Shown: positions 16,388 to 24,801 of the stretch, one piece after another
Layout: every line of letters begins with the position of its first letter
Numbering within the stretch: position 1 is the first letter of the stretch
Assembly: GCA_025451045.1 (NCBI GenBank)
Contig: JANWLD010000001.1
Location: forward strand, 5,812-69,811
DNA from: Candidatus Saccharimonadales bacterium
GTDB taxonomy: Bacteria; Patescibacteriota; Saccharimonadia; Saccharimonadales; 2-12-FULL-41-12
Length of the DNA stretch: 64,000 nucleotides
Direction: 5' to 3'
Position numbers and translations under genes: made by a program
Notes under the pieces: model-generated
What the model saw: only the letters and a program-made list of their open reading frames with translations
What the model was told of the DNA's origin: nothing
Database searches by the model: none

Positions 16388-17055
16388 TATTTCACTACCT
16401 CGCTTTTGACATTAAGGTTTTTTTCCGGCTGGAAGAAAGTTTTGGCTGTAATTGTAACTTTCAATTGCCCGCCCTGGCTTGTTAATGCAAGCTGATGTAT
16501 TTGCATCGGCCTGATTGAGCGCTCAAATAACTGCATCAATTCTTTTACTCGCTGGTCTCCGGTTGCAACTTCCACGCTGAAAGGCATTTCAACGGGTTTT
16601 GGCTCTTCCGAGGTACCTTTGGCGGATTGGCTCACTTCATCGTCATTACCGGTAATCGAAGTTATGCTGTAGTCGTGGTCTTTAAGAAGTTTTTCTATGC
16701 TGGTTGTTAGGGCCGGAAAGTCATATTTGCTTGGCAACGCATCTAGTATTATGCGCGGGTTATCCCCGTCCTTGTCGGCATCACCCTGTGGATTTCCTCC
16801 AAGTACATTGGTGGTTTCATTAGAAAACGCTTCGTAAGATGTAACTAGCTGGTCGGAAGCTGCCAAGTTATCCTTGAGGGTGTGGAGGGCTTTTTCCTTC
16901 TGCGATGAAACTTTGCTTTGGTATCTCATCTGCGAATAAAGCGCTTTGGAAGCTACTAGCGAAAATACCGCCAGAAAAGTAGCTATACCGATAGCCAAAA
17001 TTATCGTGGCATAAGCTTTGTCTATGGCCAGTTTCTTGGTTGAGAACTGCGGCAT
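16387..17055 (-). CDS. pilO: PilO-like pilus assembly protein
   Basis: 222 aa, N-terminal TM plus coiled-coil plus C-terminal domain. Contiguous with pilN/pilM (ATGA-type junctions). Confidence 0.5.
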   Translation of the reverse strand: MPQFSTKKLAIDKAYATIILAIGIATFLAVFSLVASKALYSQMRYQSKVSSQKEKALHTLKDNLAASDQLVTSYEAFSNETTNVLGGNPQGDADKDGDNPRIILDALPSKYDFPALTTSIEKLLKDHDYSITSITGNDDEVSQSAKGTSEEPKPVEMPFSVEVATGDQRVKELMQLFERSIRPMQIHQLALTSQGGQLKVTITAKTFFQPEKNLNVKSEVVK

Positions 17056-17792
17056 TAGTTACCTCCCCCTTGGTCAGGTTGTGGAACAAACAGGTTGCTA
17101 GGTTTTTCCGTTTCCGATCGGGTGGTGATTTTCTTTGGTATATTCAATTTTACTGCTTTGCCTTCGCTGTCGCCTTGCGCCAGGTTCTTTACGTTTGAGA
17201 AAATAGCCGGGTCAAAGGAAAACTGAAGTTCGTAGGTTATATCGCCCTGTCCTTGCTGGCTACCGACAGAGTTAACAGCAAATGACTGTAAGACGACGTT
17301 GCTGAACGCCTTGCCCTCGCTCGGGTTGTCGCCGGATACCTGGAAATCAGTAAACTTCAAAGTGTCGGCAAATTTATTAACCGTGCTAAGCGCGTCAGCA
17401 TTGCCCTTAATAACTATAGTGTTCGCATCAAAATCAACGTCAACATCGGAAATAGTCGCTTGCGAAGGAGTAGTTTGGACTAGATAATCAAACAGCCTGG
17501 AGCTAATCACCTTGTGTTCATGGAGCTCCGGCAAGCTGTTAAGTTGGTTTTGTATCGTCAATATTTTGTCCAAATCCTGTTTTTGTTTAAGCTCTTCCGT
17601 AGCCGACGCGATATCTTTGGTCAGTGCCGTAACATAATGCTTCTGTGAAAACCGCACATAGATAAACAGCGCGATAAAGATTACCAAAAAGAAAGCCGAG
17701 ATGATAGCCGAAAGCCCTATCATTAGGCGTTTTTGCCGCTTGGCGCGAATATAGTGAAGTTTTACGTCCGGCAGTAAGTTTAATTGCGCCAT
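17055..17792 (-). CDS. pilN: PilN-like pilus assembly protein
   Basis: 245 aa. The conserved N-terminal INLLP-type motif is present as LNLLPD, followed by a TM helix. Confidence 0.6.
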   Translation of the reverse strand: MAQLNLLPDVKLHYIRAKRQKRLMIGLSAIISAFFLVIFIALFIYVRFSQKHYVTALTKDIASATEELKQKQDLDKILTIQNQLNSLPELHEHKVISSRLFDYLVQTTPSQATISDVDVDFDANTIVIKGNADALSTVNKFADTLKFTDFQVSGDNPSEGKAFSNVVLQSFAVNSVGSQQGQGDITYELQFSFDPAIFSNVKNLAQGDSEGKAVKLNIPKKITTRSETEKPSNLFVPQPDQGGGN

Positions 17793-18832
17793 TATTCGTT
17801 TCTCTCCGCCAGTCCAACCGCTACGCTAAATGTATTTGATACGGCCATAAGTTCGTTTTGTTTCTGCTGGGGATAAGCAACCCCAGCCCACGCATTGCCG
17901 ATTTCCACCTCTATGCCAAATTTGTTAGCAATATACAGGGGAAACTCGGGCAAAGTCGAGGCCGCTCCGGACAAGACAATCCGTTCCATTTTGGCGTCCT
18001 GATACCGGCTTTGGAAGAACTTGATTGACTTGCTTATATCCGTAACCAGCAAATCAACCGTGTTGATAATCCCTTGGTAAATTTGTCCTTCTAGTTTTTC
18101 TTGGCTTAGTCCGAATTTGTAAACAAAATCTTTGGCTTGAACTTCATCTATATTAAGATTCTGGCTGGCCGCCCGGATAAAAGCTTCCGAGCCAGTTGGT
18201 ATGGAACGTGTAAGCCGGGGAATACCTTTCATAGTAATTACTATGTCGGTAGCTGTCTCCCCTACATCAACTAATAGATGGGGCGCTGTAGTTCCGGGAC
18301 GTATCAAAGACCGTGCCAAAGCCAAATTATCCGGCTCAAAGGCTATAACATTAAGGCCGATCCCTTCCAATATATCCAATCTCTTTTCAGCGAAGTCGTT
18401 CGATACGCTGGTTATTAGCACTTCAACCTTGTTAGCATCCACCGGCGAATCGCCCAAAAGGGCCCAGTCTATCTTGGACTCGGCAGGCGGCGTAGGTATA
18501 ATCGAATCCGCTTGATATTCAATAGTCTTTCCTAGCTCCGCCGGAGCCAGACGTTCAATATCAATAATGGAAGTAAAAACCCTTGATGATGGCAAGCCTA
18601 CGGCAACATCCTTGGCATGGATACCGGTAGTAGACAGAAGTTGTTTGATTGCTTGTGCGAGTTTCTGCTGGTCTGCTTTTGAGTCACTTTCGGAAGCTTT
18701 GCGTTCTATCGGGGCAGAGCCATAACGAAGAAGCTGTTTATTGCTCGGGGTGTTAGATAGTTGAACTACCCTAATACCGGTAGTACCAATATCAAGGCCA
18801 AAAAACTCATTTACCCCGCTCAATAAACTCAT
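17792..18832 (-). CDS. pilM: type IV pilus assembly ATPase-fold protein PilM
   Basis: 346 aa. Actin/FtsA-like fold start FGLDIGTTGIRVVQL. First gene of the pilMNO block. Confidence 0.85.
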   Translation of the reverse strand: MSLLSGVNEFFGLDIGTTGIRVVQLSNTPSNKQLLRYGSAPIERKASESDSKADQQKLAQAIKQLLSTTGIHAKDVAVGLPSSRVFTSIIDIERLAPAELGKTIEYQADSIIPTPPAESKIDWALLGDSPVDANKVEVLITSVSNDFAEKRLDILEGIGLNVIAFEPDNLALARSLIRPGTTAPHLLVDVGETATDIVITMKGIPRLTRSIPTGSEAFIRAASQNLNIDEVQAKDFVYKFGLSQEKLEGQIYQGIINTVDLLVTDISKSIKFFQSRYQDAKMERIVLSGAASTLPEFPLYIANKFGIEVEIGNAWAGVAYPQQKQNELMAVSNTFSVAVGLAERNE

Positions 18833-18854
18833 AGAGCAAGCCCCCTTTGCTGAG

Positions 18855-18889
18855 GTATGAAGTATGGATTATTTTGTATGCTGTGCTTA
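18855..18889. repeat. heptad array, GGTA flavour (degenerate)
   Basis: GTA/TTA/GTG at 18855, 18862, 18869, 18876, 18883, in the pilM 5' leader. Confidence 0.5.
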
Positions 18890-18957
18890 TTTTGTTTTTT
18901 TTGACTTATCATCGTAGCCCACCCTCTCTCGGCGAGAGGTTCTAACAATACCTCCGA

Positions 18958-18966
18958 ATTATATCA
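18958..18966 (-). promoter_or_regulatory. extended -10 box TGATATAAT (candidate pilM operon promoter)
   Basis: Minus-strand TGATATAAT within the conserved ATTATGCTTATGATATAAT, about 125 nt upstream of pilM. Confidence 0.4.
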
Positions 18967-18977
18967 TAAGCATAATA

Positions 18978-19012
18978 AGCTACAAGCTCAAAGCTAAGAG
19001 CTGAGAGCTGAA
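18978..19012. repeat. heptad array, AGCT flavour (left bracket of the four-helix-bundle pseudogene)
   Basis: AGCT at 18978, 18985, 18992, 18999, 19006. Confidence 0.75.
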
Positions 19013-19028
19013 ATGATAAAATGTCCGG

Positions 19029-19373
19029 ATGGTTACCCAATCGTTCAAAGATCTAATCGTCTGGGAAAAATCAAATAAGCTGGCCGTGGATATTTATAAA
19101 ACCTTTTCTAGTTGCAAGGACTTTAGTTTTCGAGACCAAATACAACGAGCGTCTGTATCTATTATGAATAACATTGCCGAAGGTTATGCCCGAAGGAGTG
19201 ATGCCGCTTTCAAGAATTTTTTAAAAATTGCCAAAGGCTCAGCGGCATAAGTTGAGTCTATGCTTTTTCTAGCAGAAGAATTAGAATACATCAACAAGCT
19301 ATCCCAAGAAAAACTAACTGAGCAAACAGAAGAGGTGTCAAAACTGCTTTCCGGATTCATAAAAAAGCTCTAG
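19029..19373 (+). pseudogene. four-helix-bundle protein gene interrupted by a single in-frame TAA
   Basis: The 73-aa ORF (LIVWEKS, ASVSIMNNIAEG, AKGSAA) stops at TAA 19248-19250, exactly where the family and the intact paralog have Glu (GSAGELETQL). The same frame continues VESMLFLAEELEYINKL...KKL to TAG 19371-19373. Confidence 0.75.
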
Positions 19374-19406
19374 CTCTGGACTCTTAGCTCTCAGCTTTTA
19401 GCTAAA
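19372..19406. repeat. heptad array, AGCT flavour (right bracket, pyrimidine-rich version)
   Basis: AGCT at 19372, 19386, 19393, 19400, with GACT at 19379. Shares AGCTGAGAGCT (as reverse complement) with 18978-19012. Confidence 0.7.
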
Positions 19407-22353
19407 GTACTGGTGGCAAAGTGGTTATGTACTGATAAGGCTGTCCGGTTGAAGCATCATTAAATATCGGGGTATATAGATATAGCTCGGGGCTAAAGTT
19501 GAAAATTTCTGCGGCATTTGTACCGGTTCCGGCTGAAAAATCACTAGGCACTTCCTTAGACGTTGATTCCCGCAAAGAATGGGCTACTCTTGAGAATTTA
19601 ACATTCTTTGCCACGAACGCGCCGTTTATAACCAGCTGGTTACGGCAGTTGGCGTAAAATGTATCAATGTTGGTGTACGGCGTACCATTGTTCTGCGTAC
19701 AGGTGTAGATTACTCCGCCGGTAGCAGCATCCTTAGGCTGGGCTACATACAGCCCATCCAAACGGGTTACAGTATTTTTAATTCTGATATCGCCTTGGGC
19801 GATAATCGCTAGATAACTGCCGGGCTGAAACGTGATATTACCCCTTATAGTTACATTGCCTTTTACGAATATCGTAGCCTGCTTGGTAAACTCTCCGCCT
19901 GCCGTAATCACCAAGTTACCATTTTTTAAGAACTGCGTCGGTTTGCCAGCGTTAAGAGCATCAACCAGATTATTCAACTTGGCAATAGTATTAGAGCCGG
20001 CGGCGGCTTTTTTATAGCCCGTTTTTAGGGTGGAATAAAAATCCTTCGTACAGACAGCTTGGCCCGCGTAGAACCCGCCATCGTTTGGTTGGTCGCTGCC
20101 TCCGCCGCCATTGGCAAGAGTATTGGCAAACGTCAGGCCCGTCGGCCAGGTTGGTGAACTTGTCCTTGTGCTGGCGCTGCCAAAGCCTGATATCTGGTCC
20201 AGGGCAATCGCCGCGAACTGCACGCCCGAGCCGCCTTTGGTGGATTCTGTTGACCTGTAAGCGCTTATCTTCTGGGCATTGCCGGTCGTATCACACGTAT
20301 CTCCGGTTCTGAAGTTACTGCCGCTTACTACATCCGCGCCATAAGCTTTCAGATACGGCCGGTCATATATATACTGCTGGGCTTTTTGGGCACAGTTACC
20401 TTGTGTATCAGCCGAGAAGTTATTGCCTGGCCCTATCCAGCCAAAAGTCTGGCCGACACAAAAGTCATTGTCGTCCATAAAGTATTTATCGCCAGCATGG
20501 TTAGGCCGCGGATCGGTACTCCACTGATAAACAACAGGAGTAGAGTTGCGTCCGGACTGGCTGTTAATTATCTGATTAACGCCTCCGTAAAGTTTCTTTC
20601 TCGCTTTGGCGGTATAATCAACCGATATATTCCCATTGTATGGAGGATCCGAAGGTATTCCAAAGAAGGGTCCGGGGGCAGCCCTACCACTGTAAGTTAC
20701 ATTATTAGGGTCTTCGGCCGTAGGTGATAAGTCTACAGAAGTAGAAAGGCTAAGGTCAAATCGTTTGTATACATCATAAGAAGTAGGGGTGCAATCAGCC
20801 ACTACCAGATCGCTACCTTGTACTCCTGGATTGGGATCAAAGTCATAATACAGCTTAGCTCCGACTCCATAATTGCCTATATTCCACCCTGGTTCAACAA
20901 TGCCATCTGAGCCGTCCCATGTGTTCCACTCGTCTGGGTCACCTTTAGGAATTCCGTCTGGAGCGGCCGGATTGTACCAGAAACCAACCGGACTACCCGG
21001 ATTGCTTGAAAGTATTAGAGGTCTGCCGTCAACTTTTGCCGGAAGTGGATCCACTCCTTCTGGAGTACCGTTATTATGAACATGGGCCGTGACACCAAAT
21101 CCACTGCGTGATTGCACTCCATTAGGCCTGCCCGATACATTTCCCTGCACACTTAAATCACAACTTGCGTTATAACAAGTGTATGTATGAGTATTATTTG
21201 ATGGATCATAACCATTATCTATACCCGTTGGTTCATACCAGAAGTAGCTGGTGCCATTACGTTTATGCCATTTTCTAATTACTTGAGTAGTTATAGTTTT
21301 AGTATGGGGTTTATAGAACCAGGTTTTGTCCTGATTATAACCAGGCCCTCCGTTCAACACAGCATAATCCCCGCTAGCAGTTTTAGCGTCGCCGGGTTGA
21401 GGGACTAATACATTTCCATTTGCGTCTGTTACTCTTACATATGTCTCAGTATCTCTCCATCTTGGAGAGCCGTTAGGTGTGCCGGCACCTGTATCATATG
21501 CTCCCCACCCGTTTACATATAGTTTTTCACAACGACCAACCGTGATCGGAGGGGTAGGATTATGTGCATTAGGATGCCAAGTCAGATTAATCAATACAGT
21601 AGCGCCATTTGTTGTTTTAAAATGCCTATTTATGTCTGATCCTTGATATATTGTAGTCCCCCTATCTATTATCTGAATCGTCCAATTGCCTCCATATCTG
21701 CCTTCCTCGCCGGGTGGATTATTAATAGACGATATCCAAAAATCTGTTGCTTTGAAACTATTTGAGCTAATGTCCCACTCCTCGCAGTCTAAAACCCAGC
21801 CATTTCCAAATTGGGCAATCTTCCCGTTTGGCCGCATACAGGGTACGGCATTTTCGGCGGCAGGTGGGCAATCAGCAGTATTGCCCGGGCCAAGGACACT
21901 CCAACCATCACAGCCATAACTTACATAGCCTGATTGGTAGCCACCTAAACTCCCATCCCAACCTATTCTCTCCCCTGTCTTAAACCAATGCTGGCTGTCG
22001 CGTCCTTTTGTACCCACCGGCCATTCAAAAATTCTGGCATCTCGATTATAAGTACTCGGGTCAACATCACTGGGAACCCCGTAGTTACCCGCAGGAAGTT
22101 TAGATTTTAACTCATAGCCAACATTTATAGGGTCCCCTTTAGTATTGACGGCATGTACTCTAAGCCCGGCCATGCCATGTGCGCTCTGCCCGGAAGCAAT
22201 ACCCCAATACTGACTGGGGTTATCTTGGGCGGAACCGTTTTCCGGGGCCCATGGACTACAATCAAGTGCGGAAACCTTCCCGCTGGGCATCAATAAAAAC
22301 ATACCGGTAAAGGCTACTATCGCGACAATTATTTTAGTTTTCAGACTAAACAT
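19402..22353 (-). CDS. 983-aa secreted/surface protein, no recognisable family
   Basis: ATG 22353 gives MFSLKTKIIVAIVAFTGMFLLMPSGKVSALD (signal peptide). The ORF-track GTG 22431 lies inside the upstream gene. Rich in G/N/T/W/Y/P with many Cys. The C-terminal third has beta-helix-like repeats (VKGNVTIRGNITF, IIAQGDIRIKN, LVINGAFVAKNVKF). Confidence 0.7.
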   Translation of the reverse strand: MFSLKTKIIVAIVAFTGMFLLMPSGKVSALDCSPWAPENGSAQDNPSQYWGIASGQSAHGMAGLRVHAVNTKGDPINVGYELKSKLPAGNYGVPSDVDPSTYNRDARIFEWPVGTKGRDSQHWFKTGERIGWDGSLGGYQSGYVSYGCDGWSVLGPGNTADCPPAAENAVPCMRPNGKIAQFGNGWVLDCEEWDISSNSFKATDFWISSINNPPGEEGRYGGNWTIQIIDRGTTIYQGSDINRHFKTTNGATVLINLTWHPNAHNPTPPITVGRCEKLYVNGWGAYDTGAGTPNGSPRWRDTETYVRVTDANGNVLVPQPGDAKTASGDYAVLNGGPGYNQDKTWFYKPHTKTITTQVIRKWHKRNGTSYFWYEPTGIDNGYDPSNNTHTYTCYNASCDLSVQGNVSGRPNGVQSRSGFGVTAHVHNNGTPEGVDPLPAKVDGRPLILSSNPGSPVGFWYNPAAPDGIPKGDPDEWNTWDGSDGIVEPGWNIGNYGVGAKLYYDFDPNPGVQGSDLVVADCTPTSYDVYKRFDLSLSTSVDLSPTAEDPNNVTYSGRAAPGPFFGIPSDPPYNGNISVDYTAKARKKLYGGVNQIINSQSGRNSTPVVYQWSTDPRPNHAGDKYFMDDNDFCVGQTFGWIGPGNNFSADTQGNCAQKAQQYIYDRPYLKAYGADVVSGSNFRTGDTCDTTGNAQKISAYRSTESTKGGSGVQFAAIALDQISGFGSASTRTSSPTWPTGLTFANTLANGGGGSDQPNDGGFYAGQAVCTKDFYSTLKTGYKKAAAGSNTIAKLNNLVDALNAGKPTQFLKNGNLVITAGGEFTKQATIFVKGNVTIRGNITFQPGSYLAIIAQGDIRIKNTVTRLDGLYVAQPKDAATGGVIYTCTQNNGTPYTNIDTFYANCRNQLVINGAFVAKNVKFSRVAHSLRESTSKEVPSDFSAGTGTNAAEIFNFSPELYLYTPIFNDASTGQPYQYITTLPPVL

Positions 22354-23293
22354 AGACGTTATACTCCAGACGTTTTTTGGCCTCTTCAATATATTGTTTG
22401 AAGCCCGTCTTAGCACCACCGCCAGATGCACTGTCTAAATTAATGATTACAAAATAGGATTCAGCCGTACTGTCGCCATTTTCGGAATCTGACGCCCTGA
22501 CTATAAAAGGTCCGCTCGTTTGCCCTGTTTGCAAGAGCTTGCCGTTTTGCCGGATAGAATTTATATCAATAAGCTCAAATGGCTCTGAAGCAGTATCAAA
22601 CATGCCGGAATGGCCCAGCGTGGGATAAACTTTTTTGCCGACTATCGGATCATTCTGTTCAATTTTCATTGCCTGTTCAAAAGTAATTTTACCGGAGTTT
22701 ATATTATCACGTAGTCGAGTTATCAGATCCTGCGCGTATTTTTTGTCTTTGGCGATAGCCAACGAGTTGCCTAATTTAGGGTCGGCGGCCTTTTCTTCTG
22801 GCAATAATGCGGATTTATAAGGTACATGTCGGCTAAAATGAGCTACTAAAAACTTTCCTTTATAAATACCCCTGTTATTAGCAGTTAATTTATTAAAGTA
22901 AGCTTGGTTGACCTTGTTCTGGTAGGCATATTTATTTTCGATCTTTTGTTTTTCAATCCCTTTGCCCCATTGTGCTTCAATTTCTTGGTCGCTGACTGTA
23001 ATATTCTGCTCTTTTGCCAATTCTTCCGATAGATATTTATCGGCTAGTACTCCAGCTGCATCATGGTTACTTATCTCTTGGTTATTGCCTTTTAAATCCC
23101 GTACTTCGTCTTCATATATCTTGTGTCCGGCGGCTTGGGCATAGATTTTGCTATTAGACTTGTTTACTTTGTCGCCAAAAATCATCCAGCCAACGCCGAC
23201 TAAAACAGCAAGAACCACTATAGTTAAGCCGATGATTCTCTTATTTTTGAAGTTCGGCTTTTTTATAGATGCCGGGAGTTTTAGTTTTGACAT
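22346..23293 (-). CDS. membrane-anchored SurA-N/parvulin-like chaperone candidate
   Basis: 315 aa, TM IIGLTIVVLAVLVGVGWMIF. Overall pattern is similar to the PPIase at 2837-3913 but with a degenerate parvulin region. An 8-nt overlap (ATGTTTAG) with the 983-aa gene suggests translational coupling. Confidence 0.45.
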   Translation of the reverse strand: MSKLKLPASIKKPNFKNKRIIGLTIVVLAVLVGVGWMIFGDKVNKSNSKIYAQAAGHKIYEDEVRDLKGNNQEISNHDAAGVLADKYLSEELAKEQNITVSDQEIEAQWGKGIEKQKIENKYAYQNKVNQAYFNKLTANNRGIYKGKFLVAHFSRHVPYKSALLPEEKAADPKLGNSLAIAKDKKYAQDLITRLRDNINSGKITFEQAMKIEQNDPIVGKKVYPTLGHSGMFDTASEPFELIDINSIRQNGKLLQTGQTSGPFIVRASDSENGDSTAESYFVIINLDSASGGGAKTGFKQYIEEAKKRLEYNVYV

Positions 23294-23322
23294 GCTTTAT
23301 TCTAATGCTTACTCTAGCATTT

Positions 23323-23350
23323 AATATAGCACGTATCGAGAGGTATTCAA
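23323..23350 (-). promoter_or_regulatory. promoter TTGAAT-16-TGcTATATT
   Basis: -35 at 23350-23345, extended -10 at 23331-23323, upstream of ATG 23293. Confidence 0.4.
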
Positions 23351-23362
23351 TTAAATCAACGG

Positions 23363-23941
23363 CTATTTATATTTTTTAGCTGTCTTTGCAAATATTTTCT
23401 CAGCTAGAACTTTGCCGCTTCTTAATACTTTTTGCTTTATTAAAACTCTTGCCTTGCCTTTTATATAAAAGTCGGAGTTTTTTGGCTCGTGAATACTTGG
23501 CAAATCCGCCGTGCCGGCTTCGCCTCCGGCATTTTCTACATAAATATTTACCCAATAACCAGTCGAGCTTACCCACTTACCGCCTTTGCGGCCTTCAAAT
23601 TGTGAAAAACCTGCGCGTACAAAACCAGCATCCACACATACTTGCGAATATGGCTCATAAAAAGCATGTAGTAGATTTATCTGCCTCATATATTTACCAG
23701 CGTGCAAGATTTTTGCCGCTCGTATTTCCGGCCGGATCAAGCCTTCTTCTAAGCATCCTTCTTTAAGGCTGGAGATTGTGGCTTCCGGTACATCTGCTGC
23801 TTGGACTGGTTCGGGGTTGGCTTGTTCATTAGCCGCTATTGCACCACCGACAAGACCAATGGTGCCAATTAAGCCAATGGCTAACTTTTCTTTCGTAGTT
23901 TGCTTTAGGGTTTCAAATCGTGATGGGTCTTGCTCGGGCAT
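23363..23941 (-). CDS. MPEQDPSRFE-family membrane-anchored protein, paralog A
   Basis: 192 aa. MPEQDPSRFETLKQ, a TM helix, EQANPEP, then a Cys-containing C-domain. Clearly alignable with 24802-25581 (EATISSLK.ECL.EGL.RPEI...LPSIHEP). Confidence 0.65.
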   Translation of the reverse strand: MPEQDPSRFETLKQTTKEKLAIGLIGTIGLVGGAIAANEQANPEPVQAADVPEATISSLKEGCLEEGLIRPEIRAAKILHAGKYMRQINLLHAFYEPYSQVCVDAGFVRAGFSQFEGRKGGKWVSSTGYWVNIYVENAGGEAGTADLPSIHEPKNSDFYIKGKARVLIKQKVLRSGKVLAEKIFAKTAKKYK

Positions 23942-23964
23942 ATAAAAACTCCGTTACTTCTAAT

Positions 23965-23993
23965 ATATTACCAGAATTAACAAAAATATGCAA
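23965..23993 (-). promoter_or_regulatory. promoter TTGCAT-17-TAATAT
   Basis: -35 at 23993-23988, -10 at 23970-23965. The 5' UTR (..AACGGAGTTTTT..ATG) is conserved with the copy at 25608-25636. Confidence 0.5.
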
Positions 23994-24055
23994 ACCTTAT
24001 TTCAGGCTTGTATTCTTTTATCCTCTTTTCTTCCTGCAAATATGATCTAATAAGG

Positions 24056-24169
24056 TTAGCGGCTTGGTTGTTGTCGCCAAGATTTTTGTACTGATGTATA
24101 GGTTAGGGTTCGACTTTCCTTCGTGCTTTGCTTGATAATTTCGAATTTGGAGGAATCTTGTTCGGGCAT
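24056..24169 (-). pseudogene. truncated remnant of an MPEQ-family gene
   Basis: ATG 24169 gives MPEQDSSKFEIIKQSTKES, matching the family N-terminus. It then diverges and stops after 37 aa, with no TM or C-domain. Confidence 0.6.
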
Positions 24170-24182
24170 TGGTTAAAAGCGA

Positions 24183-24782
24183 TTAACAGTAGTCGGACTT
24201 AGAGCCAACTCTTATTGTTTTACTAGTTTGAGCAAGTATATGTCTGTTTTTTGTAACCTTATTGATAAAAGTAACAGTCCTAGAACTTTTTTTATCCCCT
24301 GGGACACAGACACTTACCCCCGGGTATCCTTCGTTTGAGTAAACTCTTGCATCTTTTTTCTGAGCTTCTAATCCATCAGCTATCCCTGTATCGGCAGTGG
24401 TTTTACGTACTAGCGGGAAACATTTATTTCTATAAATTCCATGACATGCCACAATTTTAACTTTTACTCTGGCATTAAACGCAACGCTATTGGCTTCAAG
24501 AATTTCAGTGCACTCACCGGAGGCACCCGGATAATTGCCTTCTACTTCAATAACCATGCTTTTACCGCTTAAGCCGATGCGTTCAGCTTTAGTCCCGGTC
24601 GGCGGCTTTGCCAATTGCTCGGCGCAATCTTGAAGGGTTGGGGTTGCTTCGGCGGCAATGGCTGGTTCGGGGTTGGCTTGTTCAGTTACGGCTACTCCGC
24701 CGGCTAGGCTGACTATGCTTAAGCCAATGGCTAATTTTTCTGTGGCTGTGTGCCTTAGGGCTTCGAATCGGGATTCGGGCAT
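24183..24782 (-). CDS. MPEQ-family membrane-anchored protein, paralog B (divergent C-domain)
   Basis: 199 aa. MPESRFEALRH, TM, EQANPEP. The C-domain differs from A and C. Confidence 0.6.
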   Translation of the reverse strand: MPESRFEALRHTATEKLAIGLSIVSLAGGVAVTEQANPEPAIAAEATPTLQDCAEQLAKPPTGTKAERIGLSGKSMVIEVEGNYPGASGECTEILEANSVAFNARVKVKIVACHGIYRNKCFPLVRKTTADTGIADGLEAQKKDARVYSNEGYPGVSVCVPGDKKSSRTVTFINKVTKNRHILAQTSKTIRVGSKSDYC

Positions 24783-24801
24783 TTGTGCTACCTAAATTAA
24801 C

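Noticed and set aside
19029-22353. Diversity-generating retroelement remnant: an Avd-like four-helix-bundle gene next to the 3' end of a large surface protein gene
   Set aside because: There is no reverse transcriptase in the window. No template/variable repeat pair was noticed by eye. The Avd-like gene is convergent rather than co-oriented. A computational TR/VR search would be needed to exclude this fully.
22354-22431. 26-codon N-terminal extension (GTG start) of the large secreted protein in the ORF track
   Set aside because: The extension lies inside the upstream gene and precedes a canonical signal peptide that begins at ATG 22353. The shorter start is preferred.
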